A stretch of 63,306 nucleotides of DNA, the filler included. It is 4 parts of 4 records of this genome, joined end to end, with 100 filler letters (N's around TTAATTAATTAA, not from the genome) between each part and the next. Parts side by side here need not be neighbours in the genome. Positions count along the whole stretch, not along the records: positions 22,012 to 49,510 come from SRR31156797_9012; 3 more parts are not named here. One strand, given 5' to 3'. The notes below the pieces were generated by a model. The model saw nothing but the letters and a program-made list of their open reading frames with translations, was not told the origin of the DNA and ran no database searches. Position 1 is the first letter of the stretch. Each line of letters begins with the position of its first letter. Shown here in pieces: positions 28,602-37,490 of this stretch. The position numbers and the translations under genes were made by a program.

Positions 28602-29528
28602 ATGACAACTTTTAAAGCCCACATTTTTAATTTTATGTTGCGCAACCGCCATGTTTTTAGTGGCAGAATCAGAAAGGAAGTTTTTGATATGCAAACTTCC
28701 ATCGGTGCTTTTCGTGAAAAGTGTGAAAAGGGTGCAGCCAGGTTTGGGAAATTACCTTCCGGCATAACAGTGGAACCTATTGAAATTGAAGGTATCCCGG
28801 GTGAATTTTTGATTCCTGAAGGTGCTGATACTGCAAAAGTGATTCTATATGTGCATGGCGGAGGTTATGTTTCCGGGTCGTGTAACGATCATCGGGGCGT
28901 GGTTTCAAAGTTGGCAAAAAGCATTGGTGTAAAATGTTTGCAATATGAATATCGTCTTGCCCCGGAGCATCCCTTTCCTGCAGCAGTTGATGATTCACTC
29001 ACGGTTTATCGCTGGCTTTTGCTGGATGGATATCTTCCTGAAAATATCCTTGTTGCCGGGGAATCCGCAGGTGGTGGGTTGGTACTGGCCCTTTTGCTGG
29101 CCATAAAAACAGAAGAGCTTCCCATGCCTGCAGCTGCAGTAGCCATTTCACCCTGGACAGACCTGACATGCTCGGGAGAATCCTACCAAACCAAAAACAA
29201 AAGATCATTGGCGCCCCTTAATTCCTGGACGGTTTTCAGCAAACACTATATTGGTGAAAGTGATCCGAAAAATCCGTTGATCTCGCCCTTGTTCGGTAAT
29301 TTATCCGGATTGCCGCCATTGCTGATCAATGCAGGTGAGGATGATGAGTTGTTTGACGATGGCAGGTTATTCACCGAAAAAGCCAAAGCAGCAGGTGTTG
29401 ATGTTACTTTCCGGGCAGGCAAAGACATGGTTCACTGCTATCCGCTGATGGCACCCATGTTTCGTGAAGCTACCGACGCCATGGAGGAGATCGTTACATT
29501 TGTAAAAAAACATTTAAAACATGCATAA
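28602..29528 (+). CDS. Alpha/beta hydrolase, HSL-family esterase
   Basis: HGGG, YRLAPEHPFPA and GESAGG motifs. TACATTTG -7 promoter element at 28570. Confidence 0.93.
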   Translation: MTTFKAHIFNFMLRNRHVFSGRIRKEVFDMQTSIGAFREKCEKGAARFGKLPSGITVEPIEIEGIPGEFLIPEGADTAKVILYVHGGGYVSGSCNDHRGVVSKLAKSIGVKCLQYEYRLAPEHPFPAAVDDSLTVYRWLLLDGYLPENILVAGESAGGGLVLALLLAIKTEELPMPAAAVAISPWTDLTCSGESYQTKNKRSLAPLNSWTVFSKHYIGESDPKNPLISPLFGNLSGLPPLLINAGEDDELFDDGRLFTEKAKAAGVDVTFRAGKDMVHCYPLMAPMFREATDAMEEIVTFVKKHLKHA

Positions 29529-30387
29529 GAACCTGATCATTGACGAACGCAGCCGCGATATCGGCAATTTCAAAGTAGGGCGGTTGTTGCCGGTTCGCGA
29601 AAAACGGCAGGTTGGGCCGTTTACTTTTGTCGATCATATGGGGCCGGTAACCATTGGCGACGGAAAATATATGGATGTAGACCAGCATCCGCACATTGGG
29701 CTTTCTACGCTGACTTATTTGTTTGAGGGCGAGATTGAACACCGTGACAGCCTGGGCACGATCCAACGGATTACGCCCGGAGATGCCGGTTTTATGACTG
29801 CAGGGAAAGGGATCACCCACACCGAGCGTACACCACAGGATATGCGAAACAAAAATCTGTATCCTGCACATGGTTATCAAATCTGGATAGCCCTGCCGGA
29901 AGAGCTGGAAGACATGGATCCGGTTTTTGAAATTCTGCCAAAATCAGAAATGCCTGAGTGGGTTGAGAATGATATGAAAATCCGGTTGGTTGCCGGAAAA
30001 GGTTTTGAACGCGAATCGAAATTGAAAGTGTGGTCGCCTTTATTCATGGCTGATGTGCTTGCGCAGGCCGAAAATAGCCTGGAAATCCGGGGCAGGGTAG
30101 CGGGTGAAATAGCGGTAGTTGTTGCCGCCGGAAAGGCTATGGCCGAAAATGATGTGGTGCATCCGGGCCAAATGTTGATCACACAGGCCGAGGCATTGCC
30201 TTTTTTAAAATTTGAAAAGGATACCTGGGTGCTGCTGCTTGGTGGCCGGCCTTTCGATAATCCAAGATACCAGCTCTGGAATTTTGTTTCGTCGCGAAAA
30301 GAGCGGTTGGAAAAGGCAAAGGCGGATTGGATGAATAAAAGGTTCCCCAAAGTTCCGGAAGATGAAACCTATGTCCCGTTTCCGTAA
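29521..30387 (+). CDS. Pirin family protein
   Basis: GPFTFVDHMGP, HPHIGL, HRDSLG, MTAGKGITHTE and WNFVSS motifs. Confidence 0.95.
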   Translation: MHKNLIIDERSRDIGNFKVGRLLPVREKRQVGPFTFVDHMGPVTIGDGKYMDVDQHPHIGLSTLTYLFEGEIEHRDSLGTIQRITPGDAGFMTAGKGITHTERTPQDMRNKNLYPAHGYQIWIALPEELEDMDPVFEILPKSEMPEWVENDMKIRLVAGKGFERESKLKVWSPLFMADVLAQAENSLEIRGRVAGEIAVVVAAGKAMAENDVVHPGQMLITQAEALPFLKFEKDTWVLLLGGRPFDNPRYQLWNFVSSRKERLEKAKADWMNKRFPKVPEDETYVPFP

Positions 30388-30432
30388 AATTTCCGCATCA
30401 AAAAACTATATTTGCTGTTCAATCAGAATTGT

Positions 30433-31662
30433 ATGAAAAGACTTTTATCTACCATTATTTTTGCACTCTTTATTTCAGTAATCTTTGCACAACATCCGCG
30501 AACCACGCTTGTGGTAAATGATTCCGGTGGCAATTTTGTAAAAGAAATCTACCTCGTCAGGGTTGACGACCAATCTGTAAAAGAAGGAACCTGGCAGCAG
30601 TTTTTCGATGAAAAACTAATCACCAAAGGCCGCTACAGCAACAACAAAAAAAATGGGAAATGGGAGTTTTTCGATTATTCCGGGGAGGTTGATTTTACTG
30701 GATTTTATGCTGACGACAAAAAAGACGGCCGATGGGAATATAAGCTCAACGGACAGATTTCCGCTGAGCTGTATTATACCAATGGTGTCCCTGACAGCAT
30801 CTTTGGCTATTTTGAAAATGGAAACAAAGCCCTGGAAGTTTGGCGACATCCTGACGGTAAAGGTCTCATCAAAACCTATTACGATAACGGGAATGTAAAG
30901 GAGGTTCAGCCTACCCTGAATGGCAAGCCCAACGGCAATTATGAAGTGTATTTTAAAAACGGCATGCTACACCGCAGGGTAAAATACCGGAATGCACAGA
31001 TCATTTCGGTGCTCGAAACATTTGATATGAAAGGTGAGATGATTGATGGCGGATCGCTAAAAGATGGAAACGGAACCCTGGTGGCATTCTTCCTCCACGA
31101 TACCACAGCTTATATGCCCATGCGAAAATATTTGAACCTGGGTTTTAAGGATGGGGTTGTAAATGGCATCGCAAGTCATTACTACGAAAATGGCAACCTG
31201 AAATCCTCCGGTTTTACCGAAAATGGCGTTACAACCGGAGAGTGGAAATTTTATAAGGAAGATGGCGAGGTGATGCATATCATCAACTACAATTACAGCC
31301 CATTTTCTGAAAGCCGCCGCCAAATCAGTCCGGAAGTATTTTCGGGTAATGATATAAACACCGGGCAGCGTAATCCAACCTTTATGGGTGGTGAAGAAGA
31401 GTGGCTGACCTTTCTTGAAAAAACCATCCGCTACCCAAACAGCGCCGCTGATTATCCTGCGCTGGGCATCGTACATGTTGAGTTTGTTGTTACAGATGTC
31501 GGGGATGTTGTTTCAGAGCGTGTGGTTAAAAGTGTAAACAAACCCCTCGACAATGAAGCATTGCGGGTGCTGGAAGAAATGCCACGCTGGAATCCCGGCC
31601 TCAACTATGGCATTCCTGTGAGCATGCTGATGAATATGCCGCTGTCATTCAACATTGAATAA
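30433..31662 (+). CDS. MORN_2/YwqK-repeat protein with C-terminal TonB domain
   Basis: Signal peptide and repeated GxWxxY / YYENG motifs. C-terminal PTFMGG...IRYP...LDNEALRV...PRWNPG. TATATTTG promoter element at 30407. Confidence 0.82.
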   Translation: MKRLLSTIIFALFISVIFAQHPRTTLVVNDSGGNFVKEIYLVRVDDQSVKEGTWQQFFDEKLITKGRYSNNKKNGKWEFFDYSGEVDFTGFYADDKKDGRWEYKLNGQISAELYYTNGVPDSIFGYFENGNKALEVWRHPDGKGLIKTYYDNGNVKEVQPTLNGKPNGNYEVYFKNGMLHRRVKYRNAQIISVLETFDMKGEMIDGGSLKDGNGTLVAFFLHDTTAYMPMRKYLNLGFKDGVVNGIASHYYENGNLKSSGFTENGVTTGEWKFYKEDGEVMHIINYNYSPFSESRRQISPEVFSGNDINTGQRNPTFMGGEEEWLTFLEKTIRYPNSAADYPALGIVHVEFVVTDVGDVVSERVVKSVNKPLDNEALRVLEEMPRWNPGLNYGIPVSMLMNMPLSFNIE

Positions 31663-31736
31663 CCCCGAGGTGGTTAAGTTTTCTTAGTGTAAGTGCCTGA
31701 GTAGTATTTTTTGCCCAATCAGCAAAATCGACAAAT

Positions 31737-33284
31737 ATGAACCATCATAACCAAAAGGAAAAATATACACTGCTAATTATTTTCGTCCTGGTCCTCTGTA
31801 AATTACTCATCCACTTTTTCACCTACGATAATTTTGAGCTCCACCGCGATGCCTACCTCTACTATGCCCAGAGCGAGCACCTGGCCTGGGGGTTTGTGGC
31901 TGTACCGCCTTCCATCGCCGTTTTCGGTAAGATTGCTACCACCATTTTCGGGAATACCACTTTTGCCCTTCGCTTTTTCCCTGCACTGATCGGCGCCATC
32001 AATGTGGTTTTGGTTTGCCTGATGGTAAAATCCCTCGGTGGGAAAAGAATTGCGATAATTTTGGGTGGACTTGCTTATATCTTATCACCTTCGTTTGTGC
32101 ATTCAAACGCACTATTTCAGCCGGTGAGTTTCAATCATTTTTACTGGTTGCTGTCAGGGTTTCTTTTTTTGAAACTGATCCAGACACAAAATATCAGGTA
32201 TTGGCTGTGGATAGGTCTGGCTTTTGGATTGGGGTTCCTGAACAAATACTCCATCCTGTTTTTTTATACAGCCTTTGGATTGGCGTTGATTATTTCAAGG
32301 CACAGGAAAATGATTTGGACGCCGTGGTTTTTGGGCGCTGTTGCGATAGGTTTAGTGATCATCAGTCCGAACCTGATTTGGCAGTACAACAACAACTTCC
32401 CGGTGCTGATGCACATGGATGAACTTAGGGAAACCCAGCTGGTTCATGTCAATCCGGTAGGTTTTCTTTTTGGGCAGTTGCTGATGAACGCACATGCCCT
32501 GCTGCTTTGGGTAGGAGGACTGGCGCTGCTCCTGCTTCATAAAAAAGAAAGGACGTACAGCCTGTTCGGGTGGGCGTTTGTTTTTTTGGTTGCACTCCTG
32601 CTGGCAGGCAGTGGAAAAGCGTATTATACGCTTGGTGTTTATCCCATCCTGTTTGTCTTCGGGGCATACTATTTCGAAAAATACATACCGAAATATAAAC
32701 CGGCCATAGCCACTTTTCTTGGCGTGTTTATGCTCGCCGGGCTCATCATTTCTTTGCCCATGGATGGGGTTCCATTAAGCTCTTTTGAAAAAACATATAA
32801 CCCCGGGGCTTTCACCTGGGAAGATGGCAAGCAGTACGACATCCCGCAGGATATGGCCGATATGACCGGCTGGCGCGAGATGGGCGAAACGGTGGCGAAA
32901 ATATACACTGGGCTGGGCCCTGAAAACGCGGATAACTGCAATATCCTCGTAGATCATTACGGCCAGGCCGGCGCAGTGATGTTTTGGGGAAAAGCATACG
33001 GTGTGCCGCAGCCCATTTGTTTCAATGCGAGTTTTGTGTTCTGGCTGCCTGATGACATTGACAAAGATTACATGATCTGGATTGATACCGGCCACGATCC
33101 TGAAAACGAAGCACAGCTCGATGCTTTTTTTGAAAGTTGGGAGTTGGTAACTACCATTGATGATCGCTGGTTCCGCGAAAAAGGCACCAATATTTTCCTG
33201 TGGAAAAATCCCACCGCCGAAGTGCACATGCGATACCTGCAGGAAAAAAACAAGGAGCAGGGTAAGTACAAAAGGGCCCAGTAA
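31737..33284 (+). CDS. GT39/ArnT-PMT-like membrane glycosyltransferase
   Basis: ELHRDAYLY...LAWGFVAVPP, LGFLNKYS and PNLIWQ motifs; multi-TM. Confidence 0.85.
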   Translation: MNHHNQKEKYTLLIIFVLVLCKLLIHFFTYDNFELHRDAYLYYAQSEHLAWGFVAVPPSIAVFGKIATTIFGNTTFALRFFPALIGAINVVLVCLMVKSLGGKRIAIILGGLAYILSPSFVHSNALFQPVSFNHFYWLLSGFLFLKLIQTQNIRYWLWIGLAFGLGFLNKYSILFFYTAFGLALIISRHRKMIWTPWFLGAVAIGLVIISPNLIWQYNNNFPVLMHMDELRETQLVHVNPVGFLFGQLLMNAHALLLWVGGLALLLLHKKERTYSLFGWAFVFLVALLLAGSGKAYYTLGVYPILFVFGAYYFEKYIPKYKPAIATFLGVFMLAGLIISLPMDGVPLSSFEKTYNPGAFTWEDGKQYDIPQDMADMTGWREMGETVAKIYTGLGPENADNCNILVDHYGQAGAVMFWGKAYGVPQPICFNASFVFWLPDDIDKDYMIWIDTGHDPENEAQLDAFFESWELVTTIDDRWFREKGTNIFLWKNPTAEVHMRYLQEKNKEQGKYKRAQ

Positions 33285-33314
33285 TTTCCGTCAGAAAAAA
33301 AAGCTACGGGAAAC

Positions 33315-33460
33315 TCATTCAATGACTCGCTGTCATCTTATGAATCAATGCTAAACCCTATTCATAAACATTCGTAATCCCCATATTATAAAACATAAAG
33401 GAATAAATATCAGCGTATTCTTCGATGATCTTGGCTGTGGGTTTGCCAGCGCCGTGGCCT
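33315..33460 (-). pseudogene. Duplicated 3' end of prolyl oligopeptidase gene plus downstream palindrome (att-like direct repeat)
   Basis: Colinear with 43481-43626 (offset 10166, ~22 mismatches in 146 nt by hand). Encodes GHGAGKPTAKIIEEYADIYSFMFYNMGITNVYE*. Confidence 0.9.
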
Positions 33461-33491
33461 TATTTGGTTAGGGCGGGGTTAAAAAAAATAT

Positions 33492-33523
33492 TTTGATTGG
33501 TGTTACCTTATTAGCTAACTTTG
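33492..33523 (+). promoter_or_regulatory. Bacteroidota promoter with overlapping TA operator
   Basis: TTTG (33492), 20 nt, then TAACTTTG (33516). Imperfect palindrome GTTACCTTATTAGCTAAC at 33502-33519. Confidence 0.7.
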
Positions 33524-33527
33524 TGGC

Positions 33528-33881
33528 ATGAAAGAAACAAATGTCAGAAATATATACTATTACAGGAATTATTATTTGGATTTCTTTAATACGCTTGATT
33601 TCAGGGTTAAACAGAAATTCAACTGGACGTTAAAATTTATTTCAACCGTTAACAGAGTTCCTGTAAAATATTTCAGACATATCGAGGATTCAACCGGTCT
33701 ATTTGAAATCCGTGTTGAATACGGGAGTAATATTTACAGGGTATTTAGTTTTTTTGACAAAGGAAAACTGATAATTCTGATTAATGGATTTCAAAAGAAG
33801 AGTCGAAAGACTCCAAAAACAGAAATTGAAAAAGCAGAAAAACTTAAAAAACAATACTTCGATGAAAAAGAAAGTAAATAA
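33528..33881 (+). CDS. Type II toxin, RelE/ParE/HigB (Gp49-like) family
   Basis: GLFEIRVEYGSNIYRVF...LINGFQKKSRKTP motif; toxin-first gene order. Confidence 0.9.
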   Translation: MKETNVRNIYYYRNYYLDFFNTLDFRVKQKFNWTLKFISTVNRVPVKYFRHIEDSTGLFEIRVEYGSNIYRVFSFFDKGKLIILINGFQKKSRKTPKTEIEKAEKLKKQYFDEKESK

Positions 33882-34164
33882 CAATTTAACATCTTTTGAA
33901 GACCACCTTGACCAGCAATATGGTAAAAGAGGTACTACAGAAAGAGAAAAATTTGAAGAAGGGTTTGAAGCATTTAAGCTTGGTGTCATGATTCAGGAAC
34001 TCAGAAAAGAAAACGGGTTAACGCAAAAGCAATTGGCAGATAAATGTGGAACCACCAAGACTTATATCTCACGCATTGAAAATAATGCTTCTGACATCAG
34101 ATTGTCAACGCTTATGAGGATTGTCCGGGAAGGATTTGGCCGGCATTTGAGATTGAGTATTTGA
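33862..34164 (+). CDS. XRE-HTH antitoxin (HigA-like)
   Basis: ATG 33862 overlaps the toxin end. LTQKQLADKCGTTKTYISRIENN HTH motif. Confidence 0.9.
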   Translation: MKKKVNNNLTSFEDHLDQQYGKRGTTEREKFEEGFEAFKLGVMIQELRKENGLTQKQLADKCGTTKTYISRIENNASDIRLSTLMRIVREGFGRHLRLSI

Positions 34165-34255
34165 AAGCAATTTGCCCACTTCAATTATCAAATTTTCGAT
34201 GAAAAGTCATATAAATAGTAGATTAACATCTTGTTAGTGGCGTCTCCCTACAATT

Positions 34256-34507
34256 GGGTAAACCTAACAGGTACTCACTTACTGGGCGTCACGAGTTACT
34301 TATCTGGGTTTTCTGAAGTTTTTGGAGCAGACCTGTTAGGTTATGCTGGTGTGCCGCCCAAACCGGATTTCAAAAAAAATTCCGGCTTCCTGTGAAGACC
34401 TGAATTATTTATCAAAGAACTCTACCAGGTTACAAACCCTGTTCGGGTTTCTCGGGGCCAAAAGCCCACTCGAAATTCATACGATGACTCGCAGTCATCG
34501 TATGAAT
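34256..34507. repeat. Composite palindromic repeat, copy 1 (BIME/REPIN-like)
   Basis: AACCTAACAGGT...ACCTGTTAGGTT inverted repeat, further hairpins, and a perfect 15-bp-arm palindrome ATTCATACGATGACT-cgc-AGTCATCGTATGAAT. Second copy at 43273-43511. Confidence 0.88.
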
Positions 34508-34917
34508 GAACACGTTCTGTTGATAAAAAAATGCGTAAACAAAACCATATACATGCATTTCTTTTCTATATTTGATGGCCTAAAACATGATCACATTTTT
34601 TTATGAAATTACCCGAAATCACAACGTTATTTTTGAGTACCCAAAACCCTGGATTTCCTGGATGCAGGTCTAGCTTGAGAAGTATGCCGGCAGGGTTGGA
34701 GTGTGCAAATGCTAAAACAACTTGGGGAATTTCCAACCTGGGAAAAAGCGCGAAAGCATTTTTGGGAAAATCCCGGGTTAAGCCTACAGGCAAGTTAACA
34801 TATAAAATACATAAACTTGCATATAATCGCAGCATGGTGTTGGATATGATTACAATAGGAGAATATATAAGAATTTAGTAGCAAGCTTTAGTGAGCTAGC
34901 AAATAAAGAATTTAAAA

Positions 34918-35673
34918 ATGAAAAGAATTATTATCATATTTTGGTCAGTAGCTGGATTAATATTTCAATCATATTGTCAAGACACAACATCGTTTTTCTA
35001 CAATAAGAAATGGAGATCCACAAAAGAATCTAGAGCCGAATACGTAATAAATGAGATCAAGTTAGCTGAAAAAAAATTCATATTAGAAATCACATACATA
35101 GACGGTACTTTGATCTATAAAGGAGAATATAGTTCATTGTATCCGGAGATAATGAATGGAGAAACTTTGTATTACGGAAAAAACGGTGAATTAGTAGAAA
35201 GAGGGTATTTCACAAATGGATATCCTGACAGTTTATGGTATGTGTTAAATCCTAAAACCGGCTGTTTTGATACTCTAAACTACATCGGACTGAAGGATAT
35301 TATAAAAAATTTTGATGACCCCACTTCGTTTCCAGAGACTTTCGTGGTTGTAGAAGTAATGCCTTCTTTCCCAGGAAAAAACGATGAAATAGCAACGAAT
35401 AACTTCAATGACTTTAGAGAATATATTAAATCTGAAGCCTACCATCCTATGTTAGCAAGATTAAGAAAGAATCAAGGTTCAACAAGTGTTACTTTCACGA
35501 TTGGACCTGATGGAAATATCTATGACATTGTTCTATCAAATCCAAAAAACAAATATTTTGACTTTGAAGCTGTACGAGTAATTCGAAATTCTCCCAAATG
35601 GAATCCTGGTTTGCAAAATAACAAACCTGTACCAGTAAGATTAAGGGACTATGTGGGATTTTACCTAGAATAA
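34918..35673 (+). CDS. Secreted protein with MORN-like motifs and C-terminal TonB domain (probable gene cassette)
   Basis: Signal peptide, VVEVMPSFPG...FDFEAVRVI..SPKWNPG. Visibly more AT-rich than the flanking core genes and followed by an attC-like site. Confidence 0.82.
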   Translation: MKRIIIIFWSVAGLIFQSYCQDTTSFFYNKKWRSTKESRAEYVINEIKLAEKKFILEITYIDGTLIYKGEYSSLYPEIMNGETLYYGKNGELVERGYFTNGYPDSLWYVLNPKTGCFDTLNYIGLKDIIKNFDDPTSFPETFVVVEVMPSFPGKNDEIATNNFNDFREYIKSEAYHPMLARLRKNQGSTSVTFTIGPDGNIYDIVLSNPKNKYFDFEAVRVIRNSPKWNPGLQNNKPVPVRLRDYVGFYLE

Positions 35674-35680
35674 AGCCAGC

Positions 35681-35812
35681 ATCTAACAGCAAATCATGGC
35701 TCACAACCGGTTAGCGGTAGCTGGAAAAATGAGAAGAAAACGAAACATACGTAACACTATAAACCTACTTGCAAAATGGCTGGCTGCGAGCCATATTTGC
35801 GGAACGTTGTAT
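35681..35812 (+). mobile_element. attC-like integron cassette recombination site (solitary)
   Basis: R'' ATCTAAC (RYYYAAC) 7 nt after the stop. Arm GCAAAT(C)ATGGCTC pairs with GAGCCATATTTGC with one extrahelical base. R' GTTGTAT; total 132 bp. Confidence 0.65.
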
Positions 35813-35919
35813 TTTCTCCCATCTCAACTGTGAACTTCCGGATAGCTTTCCGTTATTGGTTCAGACCCAAAGTAGCCAACTTCTAAAATGCATCCCTGTA
35901 AAAAGTCAGTTAAACACAT

Positions 35920-36275
35920 CTACCAGTCAAATGATTTCAGTTTAAATGCACTGTATAGGGGCATATTCAGGAAGTTTTCCTGGTGAATGAAATTCCGGGG
36001 TGAACATCTGATCAGGTAATTCGGGTGGTATTTTTCTTCGAATTTTTTCAGGCTCTTTTTGTGTTTCGAATATCCGCTTTTCACCTCCACCGGATACACG
36101 TTGTTGTTGGCTTGTATCACAAAATCCACCTCTGCCTTGCTGTTCGACGACCAGTAATTCAACGACTCAATTCCTGAAGATACAAGTTCTGTGGCCACAA
36201 AGTTTTCGATGAAGGCACCGTTGAACTCCATGAAAAATGCATGGGCTGGATGATGAGCTCAGAAACATTCAATCC
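35920..36275 (-). pseudogene. C-terminal remnant of AAA+/DUF4143 ATP-binding protein
   Basis: GAFIENFVATEL, YW...AEVDFV and PVEVKSG motifs, but the N-terminal ATPase part is missing. Confidence 0.75.
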
Positions 36276-36501
36276 CTTTAAAATGCCAAAAAGTGTAATC
36301 AATCGTAAAAAAAGGTGCTAAAAAATGTAAGTGTCATCAAGAAAAGGTGCATTTTCAAAATCAATATTTATCCTAATCGCTGTTCCATAAAGGATTTCAA
36401 CGTTTCGGGCAACTTCCCACTATAGCCATCGAAATAGCATTATCAATTACAGTTCAAGTTGTTAAATCGAGTTAAAAACACTGACTATAAAAAATAAACT
36501 A

Positions 36502-36533
36502 TACATTTGCATAAAAAATGACTAATAGTCATT
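36502..36533 (+). promoter_or_regulatory. Promoter -7 element and TetR operator palindrome
   Basis: TACATTTG at 36502, followed by the perfect AATGACTA-a-TAGTCATT palindrome (36517-36533) upstream of tetR. Confidence 0.7.
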
Positions 36534-36607
36534 AAATGTAATTAAGTCAATAATGGAAATAAGTTTTGGGTAATTTTTTGATAATGAATAGAATAGTCAA
36601 TGACTTA

Positions 36608-36825
36608 ATGGCTAAAGCCAGGATTTTCTCTTGGTATGACTTTTCAACCCTTAGGCTAAAGCCTGAGGTAAGTAAACTAAGACCAAGAGATGCCACCAGG
36701 CTCCTAAACCCGGCCAGTGGGTGTGCATGTCTCGTACAGTCGGCCAGTGGGTGTGCCTGTCTCGTAAAGACGCACGGACGTGCGTCTCACCAACCAATAA
36801 CTCAATAACCTAATAACCAATAACT
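36608..36825. repeat. Mosaic of small repeats in tetR leader
   Basis: GGCTAAAGCC x2, a 30-bp-period tandem CGGCCAGTGGGTGTGC(A/C)TGTCTCGTA (36711, 36741), a REP-like AGACGCACGGACGTGCGTCT, and AATAAC heptamer runs. Confidence 0.7.
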
Positions 36826-36833
36826 CTCCGCTC

Positions 36834-37478
36834 ATGGGAATATCAGAAAGAAAAACACGCGAAAAACTTCGCCGCCGCAACGAGATCATCGATGCTGCCG
36901 AAAAGGTATTTTTTGAAAAAAGTGTTGAAAATGCCACCATGGATGATGTGGCTCATCAGGCTGAACTCAGCAAAGGTACCCTTTACCTGTATTTCAGAAA
37001 TAAAGAGGAATTGCAGTACGCCATCAAGATGCGGGCTACCATAAAGCTCAAGGAGATGTTTGTGGAGGCGGTTGATCAAAATACTCCCGGCTATCGCATG
37101 ATCGAACAAATCGGGCGTGCGTTCATCCGCTTTTCACAGGAGCATCATCAGTATTTTCACTCCATGATGGAGTTTGAAGGCAAAGGCCTGGACAACCTAA
37201 ACTTTGATGATCCCTTCATTGCTGAGTTTATGGAGGAACACAGCCCCATGTATTTATTCATCGATGCAGTGAAAAAAGGCCAGCAGGATGGCAGCATCCG
37301 CGATGATATCCCTGCCTTCGTGATCGCACACAATCTTTGGGGCATGACCACGGGTGTGCTGCAACTCATCACCAATCAAAAGCAAGTGATCGAAAAACAC
37401 GGTTACAGCAGCGATCCTGCGCCATACATCGAAGGCATGTTCAGAATCTATGAAGTTGGACTAAGAAGAAATTCCTAA
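36834..37478 (+). CDS. TetR/AcrR family regulator
   Basis: IIDAAEKVF...TMDDVA...SKGTLYLYFRNKEEL motif. Confidence 0.95.
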   Translation: MGISERKTREKLRRRNEIIDAAEKVFFEKSVENATMDDVAHQAELSKGTLYLYFRNKEELQYAIKMRATIKLKEMFVEAVDQNTPGYRMIEQIGRAFIRFSQEHHQYFHSMMEFEGKGLDNLNFDDPFIAEFMEEHSPMYLFIDAVKKGQQDGSIRDDIPAFVIAHNLWGMTTGVLQLITNQKQVIEKHGYSSDPAPYIEGMFRIYEVGLRRNS

Positions 37479-37490
37479 CACCATATACAA

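Noticed and set aside
28391-28615. 74-aa ORF
   Set aside because: It runs through the REP-like cluster and the esterase promoter.
34343-34878. Short ORFs 34343-34606, 34566-34835 and 34603-34878
   Set aside because: They overlap palindromic repeats and low-information DNA, with no recognisable motifs.
36711-36766. Mini CRISPR (two 26-bp repeats)
   Set aside because: Only 4 bp separate the copies; it is a simple tandem duplication.
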